IMG/VR virus record: IMGVR_UViG_3300012148_000003
Direction: 5' to 3' (one strand)
Length of the DNA stretch: 64,000 nt
Origin: a virus
Within the stretch, counting starts at the first letter, position 1. The number at the start of each line of letters is the position of its first letter. The position numbers and the translations under genes were made by a program. The notes under the pieces were generated by a model. The model did no database searches. It was not told the DNA's origin and worked only from the letters and a program-made list of their open reading frames with translations. Below are positions 47,039 through 55,947 of the stretch, in pieces.

Positions 47039-47467
47039 CTAATACGGTTCAGGTAGCGGCATCCAAGCAACCACAGGTGTTTTAATATTAAAGTAGGTTC
47101 CCATGTATTGCGTTACAAATACATCAGTGCCATCTAATCCACCGCAACACAATACACTCGTATTGATTTCTGGTAATTGTTGAGTCACCGGAATCCAACC
47201 AGATAAACTATCACCCATTGCATCATTGATCACATTCTCCAACTCTATAGGGGACAAATCATTTAGACTAGCAAATTTCAACCCCAAAAACTTCTGCCAG
47301 CAAGCCGATTCTGGTAATTCACAACAATTTTCTTCACACCACGGATCAGCTCTTTTTCTCATGTACTTGCTAATGTGATCAAAATTACAAGGACTACCAA
47401 ACAAATCACCAAGTTCCTTATATACAGCTTTCAGCTGATCAGCTGCCGTAAAATTATTCTTATCCAT
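47039..47467 (-). CDS. DUF551-like domain protein
   Basis: WIPVTQQLPE...VVAWMPLPEPY. Confidence 0.75.
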   Translation of the reverse strand: MDKNNFTAADQLKAVYKELGDLFGSPCNFDHISKYMRKRADPWCEENCCELPESACWQKFLGLKFASLNDLSPIELENVINDAMGDSLSGWIPVTQQLPEINTSVLCCGGLDGTDVFVTQYMGTYFNIKTPVVAWMPLPEPY

Positions 47468-47515
47468 CTCTTTTCCCTTCTCCGATTATCCGGATGAAAT
47501 TGTACTTTCAACTCA

Positions 47516-48295
47516 CTAAAATTCTGCTGGAATTGGAATTTCTTTATTCCGCGGTTCCTTTTCATTTAACCAATCACAATATTTTTGACATTCCTCTTCA
47601 GATGAAAACGAAATGAGATTTAAATAATTCTTATTTGCATGTACTTTTTTCGTCTCTTCATCAAAGGTTTCAATTATATGTTGAATATTAAATTCATACA
47701 AATCATAATCTCGACTGTCATTATTATTCAATTTATACTCTTGATTGAAATAAAAAGATCTACCACCGTGATATTTTGAATCTTTTTTATAAAATCTAAT
47801 ACGCCTAATTTCTGAAATTTTAGGCTCATATACCGTAAACTTTCTTGCACAATCACAAGAGTTATAAACTTCCTTTCCATTAGGAAATTTAGCCACCTGT
47901 TTTCGTTCCTCATTACATAATTCACATTTAGGTTGATCATGAGATACTGATGCCGCATACCACACCACACTATTATCTATATATCTCTGGAATATATCTT
48001 CTATATTTGACTTATAAAATTCGGCCTCGACCTCCGATTTTAAATTGTCTTTCTTAATCCTCATGTCAAAAAGCTGCTTGTTACACTTTTTTATTGTCTC
48101 TATCATTTCATCTTCAATAGCAGAAAGCCTTATATTTTCTTTGCGTAAATTTTCCATTTCTTTTTGATGTTCTTCTTTAATAGTCTTGGTAAGTTCACTT
48201 TTAAAATTTGCTATTTGTTTCTCAAACTCATCTGAATATTCAAAATAATCGTCATAAATCATATACTTCACCGTCCTTTTATTTTTCCATTTCAT
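47516..48295 (-). CDS. Hypothetical phage protein (coiled coil plus Zn site)
   Basis: CELC...CDC; CQKYCDWLN. Confidence 0.7.
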   Translation of the reverse strand: MKWKNKRTVKYMIYDDYFEYSDEFEKQIANFKSELTKTIKEEHQKEMENLRKENIRLSAIEDEMIETIKKCNKQLFDMRIKKDNLKSEVEAEFYKSNIEDIFQRYIDNSVVWYAASVSHDQPKCELCNEERKQVAKFPNGKEVYNSCDCARKFTVYEPKISEIRRIRFYKKDSKYHGGRSFYFNQEYKLNNNDSRDYDLYEFNIQHIIETFDEETKKVHANKNYLNLISFSSEEECQKYCDWLNEKEPRNKEIPIPAEF

Positions 48296-48311
48296 AAAAC
48301 ACTGATTTTAT

Positions 48312-48653
48312 CTACTGAATATGCACTTCCTGTTCAGACTGACATACCAATAATAATTTATTAATTCCATCACATTCTTTTTCATGCCTTTTTTTCTCTT
48401 CATCAAGCCTTTTCAATAAATAGTTTCGAAATAGTTCTTTTGCTTTTTCCTCATCATTCTCTAATAAATACACTTGGCTGTAGTAAGGCTTCTTTACACA
48501 TCCTATTTCAGATTTATAGATTCGAGGGGAACAATAATCTTTAAATGTATAAGTCTTTGCTTTTTCTTCTGCTTCCAATTCACTACATCTAATAAATATA
48601 GACTCTGGATTGTTAATAAGTGTATCATGTAACTCATATAAATATATTTTCAT
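48312..48653 (-). CDS. Hypothetical phage protein
   Basis: 113-aa co-oriented ORF. Confidence 0.65.
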   Translation of the reverse strand: MKIYLYELHDTLINNPESIFIRCSELEAEEKAKTYTFKDYCSPRIYKSEIGCVKKPYYSQVYLLENDEEKAKELFRNYLLKRLDEEKKRHEKECDGINKLLLVCQSEQEVHIQ

Positions 48654-48737
48654 TTTTTAACCTTTCTTGGTTTTTGCTGTTGTGCTGTTTACTTATAAAT
48701 TGAATAGAGTTTGCTATTGCACCCTAGTCATTTTTCT

Positions 48738-49265
48738 TTACAGTTCATACACCAATAATTCTTCATTTGGCGCAGGATCACATTTTTCTTTCCATTCTAA
48801 CTTTCTGATAATATTCCACTTTTCAAAGTTGATATTTGACAAATCGTACTTATCATATACGCGCTTGTCAATAATCAGTCTGCTACTAAAGTCAGAATTT
48901 TGAGGGAAACCACAATTTGATAAATTCTTCAATGCTAAAACATCTGCATCTGTGCATTCCGCATGGAGAGTAAATGTAAAACCATCCAGAATATTCAGAA
49001 TTCTCTTATAAATATAGTTGTCTTTCCAGAGAGAAGTGTACAGATATATCTTTCCTTGATACCCCTTTTCTCTCATGTTAAATATAAAATATAAAATCTC
49101 ATTCGGCATTAACAGAGGTTCCCCACCAGTAATCACTATTTCTTGATATTTCATCAATTCTTCATTATTTAAAACAACCCTATACTCTGGCAACTTTGTA
49201 TTGCAACACCCATGACATTTTCTGTTGCAATCGAATGTAACTATCACTCTCGCTGTATTTTTCAT
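48738..49265 (-). CDS. Small radical SAM protein
   Basis: CNRKCHGC (CxxxCxxC), ITGGEP, IYLYT. Confidence 0.8.
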   Translation of the reverse strand: MKNTARVIVTFDCNRKCHGCCNTKLPEYRVVLNNEELMKYQEIVITGGEPLLMPNEILYFIFNMREKGYQGKIYLYTSLWKDNYIYKRILNILDGFTFTLHAECTDADVLALKNLSNCGFPQNSDFSSRLIIDKRVYDKYDLSNINFEKWNIIRKLEWKEKCDPAPNEELLVYEL

Positions 49266-49310
49266 TTTATTTTGTTTTTTCCTTTCTCAACACAACCATC
49301 AAATTTTAAT

Positions 49311-49610
49311 TTACATGAACCAATCATGTTCTTCACAGCAATTTACTAATATACCAATAATACGGCAAAAATCCTGAAGGTCTCCCCCATAAATTTCGGG
49401 TACAATTGTATCATTGGCATATTTAGCAAATCTCTTTGATATTTCAAAAATAAGTTCCTTATTGTTTTCTACAAAATCATTTGAAATCCTATGGCCCAAA
49501 TCTGAATGAACTAATTCTTCACTCATACAAATTCCATTTATTAATGCCCGGTTTCCCCAAGCGCAATCTTTTGCAAACTTGGTTAATTCAGCTTTTTTTA
49601 TTTTTTCCAT
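49311..49610 (-). CDS. Hypothetical protein
   Basis: 99-aa ORF with RBS. Confidence 0.6.
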   Translation of the reverse strand: MEKIKKAELTKFAKDCAWGNRALINGICMSEELVHSDLGHRISNDFVENNKELIFEISKRFAKYANDTIVPEIYGGDLQDFCRIIGILVNCCEEHDWFM

Positions 49611-49794
49611 TTAAGCTCCTTTTTTCAAATTCAAACTTTAATTTGCATCAAGCTTCAGTGAGCAAAACTCTTCATATGAGAGAATATATTCTTCAAAATC
49701 AAATTCAAATAGAGCTTGAAGCAAATATAATTGATATTGTTCTTGCAGCTTACTATTTTCCATCTTGGTTCCTTATCTTCCTTTAATTGCTAAA

Positions 49795-49986
49795 TTAATA
49801 ATTTGTTTCATGGCGACTCATAATATCTACAACGCCGTTGTTATTCAATAAATCAATTGCCTCACGATCAGACAATCCAAATTGATCTCTTAATTCTCTT
49901 CCCAACTCTTTGTATTCTCCAATGGTTTTAATCTCTTCCTTTCTTTCCTGATATTCCTTAATGATGGTTGCTGTTAACCTTTGCAT
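49795..49986 (-). CDS. Hypothetical protein
   Basis: 63-aa ORF with GGAGG RBS. Confidence 0.6.
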   Translation of the reverse strand: MQRLTATIIKEYQERKEEIKTIGEYKELGRELRDQFGLSDREAIDLLNNNGVVDIMSRHETNY

Positions 49987-50166
49987 GTTTTACCCCTCCT
50001 AAAAAATTATTTTTCATACTGAACACTTAACCGCCGATATTGACTTAATGTCAATTCTCTTACGTCCTTGCTTTTAAAATACTTTTTGAATGCTTCAATG
50101 GAAGCTGTTGCTGCCGGGGAACCTTCGACTATATCTAGTTGTGCTGTTATTTTTTGATCATGAATA

Positions 50167-50475
50167 TCAAAATATCTTTTCATTAATTTCCTCCTGAATT
50201 TCTAATTTGGTTGATTGCAGTAATATATAGGTTTCCAACACCACATGAGCAAGAGCATCATAAGCTGTTTTCGATGAATCCAAATTAGAACTTGCTTTAT
50301 CGTATATTAAGCCAAGGTCATTCGCTTTTTCGTCATTACAATCGTCATTACTTTTCACTTCCTGCCACCAGGCATTATATGATTCATGATATATTTTAAG
50401 TTTTTGCTCGTAGTCAATTTTTTGTTTCTTATATTCCCGAAGTAATTTGTCAAAATTAGCCTTGTTATCTTTCAT
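50167..50475 (-). CDS. Coiled-coil hypothetical protein
   Basis: 102-aa ORF with RBS. Confidence 0.6.
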   Translation of the reverse strand: MKDNKANFDKLLREYKKQKIDYEQKLKIYHESYNAWWQEVKSNDDCNDEKANDLGLIYDKASSNLDSSKTAYDALAHVVLETYILLQSTKLEIQEEINEKIF

Positions 50476-50598
50476 ATGCGTTTTCCTTTCTCGCAGTTTT
50501 GCCGGATACTGTTAATTGTCCTAATAAGCTGGACTTACATGGTTACTTACCAATCACCCTGCTTGTCGTGGCAGGTTTTCGCCAATGCCAGATGTAAC

Positions 50599-50862
50599 TT
50601 AATCTTCTGGGAAAACTGCACTCATGCACATTGGTTCCCCTGTCTCGACATCGGATATATAGATACATTCACAGTTACAGTTACCTCTGCCGTCATTCAA
50701 TTTACAGCCATTCACATTACAGATCATTCCGCTCATGGGTTTAATTTCCACTTGCATATCAATCAATTTGCATAACATATTTGCTTTTTCAGCCGGAATA
50801 TTTCCGGTAATAGCCTGTCCAGCTATTTGCCGCTTAAAAGCATCTGCATTTATTAATCTCAT
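50599..50862 (-). CDS. Hypothetical phage protein (MRLINADA family)
   Basis: Start moved to ATG 50862 after a GGAG RBS; Cys-rich tail. Confidence 0.65.
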   Translation of the reverse strand: MRLINADAFKRQIAGQAITGNIPAEKANMLCKLIDMQVEIKPMSGMICNVNGCKLNDGRGNCNCECIYISDVETGEPMCMSAVFPED

Positions 50863-50881
50863 ATTTTTTCCTCTCCAAAAT

Positions 50882-51067
50882 TTAGCAGTAAATCTCCTCA
50901 ATAGTTGTTTTGAGTTCTTCCGTCATTACTGCTTTTCCGTCTTTGTTTGCTCTTTCAAGGATTTTAGTTAGGGCTTCCCTGCCTAGTGCAGAATCCGAAT
51001 AGTATTCATAATCTTTAACACTCATAGTTACTGTCATTTTGCTTTTATCAATGTCTCCATATGTCAT
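50882..51067 (-). CDS. Hypothetical protein
   Basis: 61-aa co-oriented ORF. Confidence 0.55.
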   Translation of the reverse strand: MTYGDIDKSKMTVTMSVKDYEYYSDSALGREALTKILERANKDGKAVMTEELKTTIEEIYC

Positions 51068-51091
51068 ATTCTTAGCTTCTCCTCTTAAACT

Positions 51092-51298
51092 TTATTTTTT
51101 AAATATACAATTTTCCAAAATGCACTGAAATCCTGATGGATTATGTTCACATTTATGATTTGTACAAAAGCCCTTTGGAAAAGAGTTGGATTCTGTTAAT
51201 CCTTCCTTATACAAGGATGCTACATCTTCTGTATCAATACATACCTGTTCACATGTATTATTATCAAGCCTACATATATTACATTTAATTATATTCAT
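51092..51298 (-). CDS. Small Cys-rich protein
   Basis: Six Cys in 68 aa. Confidence 0.55.
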   Translation of the reverse strand: MNIIKCNICRLDNNTCEQVCIDTEDVASLYKEGLTESNSFPKGFCTNHKCEHNPSGFQCILENCIFKK

Positions 51299-51486
51299 AT
51301 TTTCTCTCCCAGTTATAATGAGGTAAATCTCAACATAATTTTATAGAGTAATTTTCAGTCCAAACATGGGGATCGGAAAAATATATAGGCTTCGTTTTTC
51401 CCTGTCGTAGAATAATCCTACCCAGAAGTCATACCACGCAAACATTGGTTTAATTTTCATATCATACCTTCTTTCTTTCTCTAATT

Positions 51487-51744
51487 TTAATTATACTGAC
51501 ATTTCATTGCATTAACCGTGCCACGCCCATCAGTACTTACAACAATCTTGCCAGTCTTTCTGCATATCCAACGAAACGTATTTAAGTTCTGATAGGAATG
51601 CTGACAATCAATGCAATATTCACTTTTCGTGATATTGTGCAATTTATTATACCGTACTCTACACCTTTTACAACAAAACATATCACTGTTATGGTAGGGA
51701 ATAAATCGGCTTCCGCACTGCCAGCATCGTTGTTCTTTTGGCAT
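51487..51744 (-). CDS. Zn-finger protein
   Basis: CWQCG..FCCKRC and CIDC..C motifs. Confidence 0.65.
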   Translation of the reverse strand: MPKEQRCWQCGSRFIPYHNSDMFCCKRCRVRYNKLHNITKSEYCIDCQHSYQNLNTFRWICRKTGKIVVSTDGRGTVNAMKCQYN

Positions 51745-51782
51745 CTTTGTTCTCCTTTCATTTGTTAATCAAACTTTAATCA

Positions 51783-51971
51783 TCAATACCATCCATGGTC
51801 AGTGAACTCACCTTTTGTATAAGCGTCAATATATTCATTGAGTTGCTCTTGCGTCATGTCTCTTACAAAATTAACAGTTCTTATAAACTGAGCAAAATTC
51901 ATCTTGTTAGCAGTCAAAAGATCATGTAATGGCTTCATTTTCTCTGCATACCTATCATATACTACTGACAT
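51783..51971 (-). CDS. Hypothetical protein
   Basis: 62-aa ORF with GGAG RBS. Confidence 0.6.
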   Translation of the reverse strand: MSVVYDRYAEKMKPLHDLLTANKMNFAQFIRTVNFVRDMTQEQLNEYIDAYTKGEFTDHGWY

Positions 51972-52247
51972 AATAATCTCCTTTTGTTTACTTTAATTTT
52001 ATTACTCATTCCTTAGAAAGCAACTGCTCCGCTTCCTCTGGTGTCATTTTGCACTCACAGCATTTACACGCGGTGTGTGTCAAGGAACAACCATAGCCTT
52101 CATCATATTCATTGCCATTGTGGAATGGTATAACTTCCATGTATGGGCAATTGTAAAAATTCATATTGCACCTCCATCAAATGTTAATTGATTTTTTCCA
52201 TCTATTATGATAAGCTACATATTGTAGAGTGGCTGAAAGGAATTTCA

Positions 52248-52436
52248 ATGATTAATTATCCCAAAGCTCCCAAAGCGATCAATATAATATCTGCGAGTTC
52301 TCGCAAAAAATCTGATAAGCTTATAATAACAGATAGTATACTTTGTTCTGCCAATATTCCGGAAGATCAGCCAGTCATCCTAGAAATCTATGACGGTATG
52401 ATTGTTATTACGTACATCCCCATTATTACACATTAA
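52248..52436 (+). CDS. SymE/AbrB-like small protein in inverted orientation
   Basis: GAAAGGA RBS before ATG 52248; LIITDSILCSANIPEDQPVILEIYDGMIVIT resembles the AbrB/SymE swapped-hairpin pattern. Confidence 0.55.
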   Translation: MINYPKAPKAINIISASSRKKSDKLIITDSILCSANIPEDQPVILEIYDGMIVITYIPIITH

Positions 52437-52472
52437 CTTTTTAGTGCCACTCTACCTCTTGTTTATTTTAAT

Positions 52473-52664
52473 TTACCATTGAGCCAATATGTCTTCTAAT
52501 TCTTCATCTGTATAAGCAGAGAGGATTCCCGATGTTGATATCCCCTCATGCCGTTTATCTAATTCAACTTCTAAATTAATTGGGGATAGCCCCCATTTTT
52601 CAAAATTTTTATAATAGGGCGACAAATCTTCCCTCATTTGTTCCATCTCACGATATTCCCCCAT
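52473..52664 (-). CDS. Hypothetical acidic protein
   Basis: 63-aa ORF with GGAG RBS. Confidence 0.6.
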   Translation of the reverse strand: MGEYREMEQMREDLSPYYKNFEKWGLSPINLEVELDKRHEGISTSGILSAYTDEELEDILAQW

Positions 52665-52681
52665 AAAATTCTCCTTTCCTC

Positions 52682-52773
52682 TTGTCTTCTTGCATAGAGA
52701 ATATTATACTAAGAATCCAAAGATTTTCTTTTTTGGCTACTTGGCGTGCCCTCGTCGGCAGCCTTGTTTTTTT
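52682..52773 (+). ncRNA. Candidate ~55-60-nt sRNA unit
   Basis: TTGTCT-N17-TATACT, followed by a GC-rich hairpin (52735-52763) and TTGTTTTTT. Confidence 0.45.
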
Positions 52774-52824
52774 GATAACACAAAATACAACATGGAAAGT
52801 GTGTAAAGTTTACACAATTGATAT

Positions 52825-52980
52825 TTGACATACGGGAAAATATTAGATATAATATGTATGCATGGTTCTCCATGTGTCTAAAACATCTACAGGCTTCTAT
52901 GCTTGTCAAATGTTCAAGACTATTTTGTGTGAGGAGTTGTCCGAGGTTGTCAGGCCGTTTGAGGATGACTCCTTTAAAAA
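52825..52980 (+). ncRNA. Candidate ~120-nt antisense sRNA with a perfect sigma-A promoter
   Basis: TTGACA-N17-TATAAT (52825-52853); 3' hairpin GGAGTTGTCC/GGATGACTCC. Confidence 0.6.
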
Positions 52981-53294
52981 TTTATATGTAGGCAAATATA
53001 TTTTGTAACACTATATGTAATTGTAGCAAGAATGTAATTTTTTTTGGTAATAAAGTCAATACCATCATCAATACATATCTGTTTAATATTTTCTAATGGT
53101 ATTTTGAAATTTTTAAATCCTCCATCATCTCCTTCTCCATTTAAAATGATTCTTTCATCTTTCCTAATATACATAACATCTTTCAGTTTATATTCTGCAA
53201 TATCCTTGCCGGTTATTGTTTTTATGTTACACTGCTGCCCCTCATGTATGGTTAGTATTTCAACAAGTTCTTCTTGTGTTACTAATTTTATCAT
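52974..53294 (-). CDS. Hypothetical protein, first gene after the SOS-box promoter
   Basis: 106-aa ORF with GGAG RBS. Confidence 0.65.
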   Translation of the reverse strand: MIKLVTQEELVEILTIHEGQQCNIKTITGKDIAEYKLKDVMYIRKDERIILNGEGDDGGFKNFKIPLENIKQICIDDGIDFITKKNYILATITYSVTKYICLHINF

Positions 53295-53326
53295 AATATT
53301 TTCTCCTTATGATTTTCCCTGTTGTT

Positions 53327-53381
53327 CGAACACGTGTTCTTGTGTAAGGTATATAATAATACAGATTCATCATTTTGTCAA
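53327..53381 (-). promoter_or_regulatory. Promoter TTGACA-N17-TATTAT with downstream LexA (SOS) box CGAACACGTGTTCT
   Basis: -35 at 53376-53381, -10 at 53353-53358, box at 53327-53340. Confidence 0.75.
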
Positions 53382-53413
53382 TGAGAACTTCCCATATTTT
53401 TTCCTTTTGCTAA

Positions 53414-53599
53414 TTAAAATGAACTTTCTGGTATGAGAAGAAAATCAGACGTGAAAATATCAATATTAATATCAGCGTTAAATGCAGCTATGGCCCTAGC
53501 GATACGCAACGTGCATTCTTCATCACCTACTGCCCTAGCACCTACATAAGCAGTCTCCAAATAATCATTAATAAGTCTCATTTGTTCTATTTCTTTCAT
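53414..53599 (-). CDS. Hypothetical protein
   Basis: 61-aa ORF with RBS. Confidence 0.6.
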   Translation of the reverse strand: MKEIEQMRLINDYLETAYVGARAVGDEECTLRIARAIAAFNADINIDIFTSDFLLIPESSF

Positions 53600-53637
53600 A
53601 TTTTTCCTTTCTCAACTATTGTCACAAATTATAAATA

Positions 53638-54618
53638 CTACCGTGACTGGTAGTATTTACTTTTTACAACAAATGGAATAAGTGAATCTACAAAATCACT
53701 AGTATTCCTTCCTCCATATACCTTCATAACCGCTCTTACACCAGCGGCCTCTTTCCGAGTCAGCTTTTTTAAGTATTCCTTAAAGAATATTTTACAGAAC
53801 TCGGAATTATCAAGTTCCTTAAATTCTTTTCTAAGAGCATTTAATGCCCCTGATTTTGTTACATCAAAATAAGACAGTCCTATCTTTTTCAGTAATTTTT
53901 GACATCCGATCCCTTTTCCGCTTATAAATTGCTCATCCGTAATATCCGGATTGTAATAAGTATCAGTAACTTTTAACAAAAAATCTTTATGCTGGACACA
54001 TCCTGTCGTGATTATTGATGTATCTGTTCTTTGAATTTCGTATTCATCGACATTTTTGTATTTTTTGATCGCTTTTATGGAAAAGGCAGAGAGAGGTATT
54101 TCTCTCTCTTTAATTTTTATCTTCCTATTATAAAGATCAATCTGCCCCCATCGTATGGATGTTAATTCTCCCAAATTTGCAACTCCATCATATGACAATC
54201 CAACGATCAATGCACATAATTCCTTATTACATATAGAACGATTCGAGTATCCTCTTAACTCGTAATCGTAAATTACTGTAACTGCGCTTTGTTCTGCCAT
54301 TTGGTACAACAAATTATTATATGATAAGTGTTCTAGTTCCTTATATGGATTGACTTCAATATATTTGTTTTCCGAGCACCATTCAAAAAACGTTGAAATC
54401 CGCAGATAGTTCTGTTTGAAAGACAAGGCACTTTTACTGCTGCTTATTTCTAAAATCAGATTACCTAATTCGTATGGCAACAAATTGAATAGGTCTTTTT
54501 CATAAATCTCCGGCTTTAAAAAAAATGCTTTATCATTCTTACTTATTTTTTTTTCCTCACAAAATTCATTAATTAATACTTTATAATTGTAATCATTGGT
54601 AAAATTATCCATACTCAC
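53638..54618 (-). CDS. Tyrosine-recombinase-fold protein with degenerate catalytic motifs (possible repressor)
   Basis: SAM-like core (FFEWC..NPY) and GVANLGEL..IRW..ID; catalytic R and HxxR are absent. Confidence 0.7.
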   Translation of the reverse strand: MSMDNFTNDYNYKVLINEFCEEKKISKNDKAFFLKPEIYEKDLFNLLPYELGNLILEISSSKSALSFKQNYLRISTFFEWCSENKYIEVNPYKELEHLSYNNLLYQMAEQSAVTVIYDYELRGYSNRSICNKELCALIVGLSYDGVANLGELTSIRWGQIDLYNRKIKIKEREIPLSAFSIKAIKKYKNVDEYEIQRTDTSIITTGCVQHKDFLLKVTDTYYNPDITDEQFISGKGIGCQKLLKKIGLSYFDVTKSGALNALRKEFKELDNSEFCKIFFKEYLKKLTRKEAAGVRAVMKVYGGRNTSDFVDSLIPFVVKSKYYQSR

Positions 54619-54621
54619 ACA

Positions 54622-54670
54622 AGCTCTGTATCTTATGATTTTAATCTTAAGAACAGAGCTGTACTCCTTT
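54622..54670 (-). promoter_or_regulatory. Shine-Dalgarno separated from the start codon by a 39-nt hairpin
   Basis: AAAGGAG-TAC-[AGCTCTG...CAGAGCT]-TGT-GTG. Confidence 0.65.
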
Positions 54671-54700
54671 CTGTTAATAATTGGCTGGGGATTTGTATGG

Positions 54701-54729
54701 ATAATAACATTTTTCTCCTTTCATGTCAA
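54701..54729 (-). promoter_or_regulatory. Promoter TTGACA-N17-TATTAT with TG
   Basis: -35 at 54724-54729, -10 at 54701-54706. Confidence 0.7.
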
Positions 54730-54762
54730 TAAGAATTTTTATTGTTCACGAATGTTGATATC

Positions 54763-55602
54763 TTAATAAATGCTGGGTATTTTTTCCCTCATCTCTTTTA
54801 AACGTCTATCTCTTATACCCACATAATGTTCCGTACTCTTCCTGTTTTCGTGACCAAGAAAAACACTGGAATAATATATTGCTTCATCGTAATCATCAAG
54901 ATTTGATTCTAACAATCTTATAACACCAGTTTTTCTATTTCCATGGGTTCCAATAGACCTATTTATACCGGCAGCCTTGATCATCTTTGTACATATCCTC
55001 CACCACTGTACCCGGGACATCCCAGATACTTCCGGATTGTTAATTTGTTTATGACTAATAAATACATAATCCTCTAATTTAGGAGTTAATCCTTGCTCTT
55101 TTTGTAAAATCAAAAAATCATCCATGGCATTTCTGAAATCGTTGGTGTAATCGACTGGTACTGGAGCACCGTTTTTACTAATCCTTTTCGTAAAATTAGT
55201 TTGATAATTCCAATTTGCATCGAAGATGTCTTTATATTTGTAATCCAGAAAATCCGTAGCCCTAAAACCAACAACAATAGCACATACAAACATACAAAGA
55301 TTTCTTCTGGCATCCCACTGCTTTGATATAGTCTTAGCTTCTATAATTTGTTTTTTGTATTGCTCTAAGACCAAACTTAATTCTTTTTCTGTTAAATGAT
55401 CTGTCCGGTTAGAACCCGTGTAACAACGATTTGATTCACCTTCCTGATTCACTTTAAAGCGTCTGTCCGGTGTTCCGTCCGAATTTAGATGAATCTGATA
55501 ATCAGTAATTTTTACTACTTTATTTTCTTGTTCCTTTAAAGTTAGAATTTCAATGTCTTTATTTTCTAACTCTTGTTTGTTTCTTTTAATAGGCTGCCCC
55601 AT
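54763..55602 (-). CDS. Second tyrosine recombinase with an apparently intact catalytic set
   Basis: GFRATD, K, HGNRKT, LGHE, TEHY. Confidence 0.85.
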   Translation of the reverse strand: MGQPIKRNKQELENKDIEILTLKEQENKVVKITDYQIHLNSDGTPDRRFKVNQEGESNRCYTGSNRTDHLTEKELSLVLEQYKKQIIEAKTISKQWDARRNLCMFVCAIVVGFRATDFLDYKYKDIFDANWNYQTNFTKRISKNGAPVPVDYTNDFRNAMDDFLILQKEQGLTPKLEDYVFISHKQINNPEVSGMSRVQWWRICTKMIKAAGINRSIGTHGNRKTGVIRLLESNLDDYDEAIYYSSVFLGHENRKSTEHYVGIRDRRLKEMREKIPSIY

Positions 55603-55628
55603 GGTTGTACCTCCTTAATAGTTTCAAA

Positions 55629-55946
55629 TTATTCTCGATACTTTGGTATTTTAGGAATTTTAGGAATCAACATTCGTTTTTCTGTTCCCATGGCCTGTAT
55701 ATTACACGGATTTTGATAACAACTGTAAAAACTCATTTGGTTAAAAATACCTTTGTGAAATAATATAATTGTTTTTGCTTCATCTGCCATTTTTTTACTA
55801 CCAGCAGCGGAGCAACATATGAACTTTTCATTAATACTTATATTAGCAGCGTGGTTTATCGTGGCAACTTGAAGTGTGTCTGTTTCAAGTGCGTCGTAAA
55901 CATCATCGATATATTTCTTAGCATCTTCCCTTGTCATCTTCTTCAT
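55629..55946 (-). CDS. Hypothetical protein directly downstream of mazF
   Basis: ATG 55946, one nucleotide after the mazF stop. Confidence 0.55.
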   Translation of the reverse strand: MKKMTREDAKKYIDDVYDALETDTLQVATINHAANISINEKFICCSAAGSKKMADEAKTIILFHKGIFNQMSFYSCYQNPCNIQAMGTEKRMLIPKIPKIPKYRE

Positions 55947-55947
55947 T

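Noticed and set aside
50126-50141. Single NrdR-like box
   Set aside because: Unpaired and inside a small coding region; likely chance.
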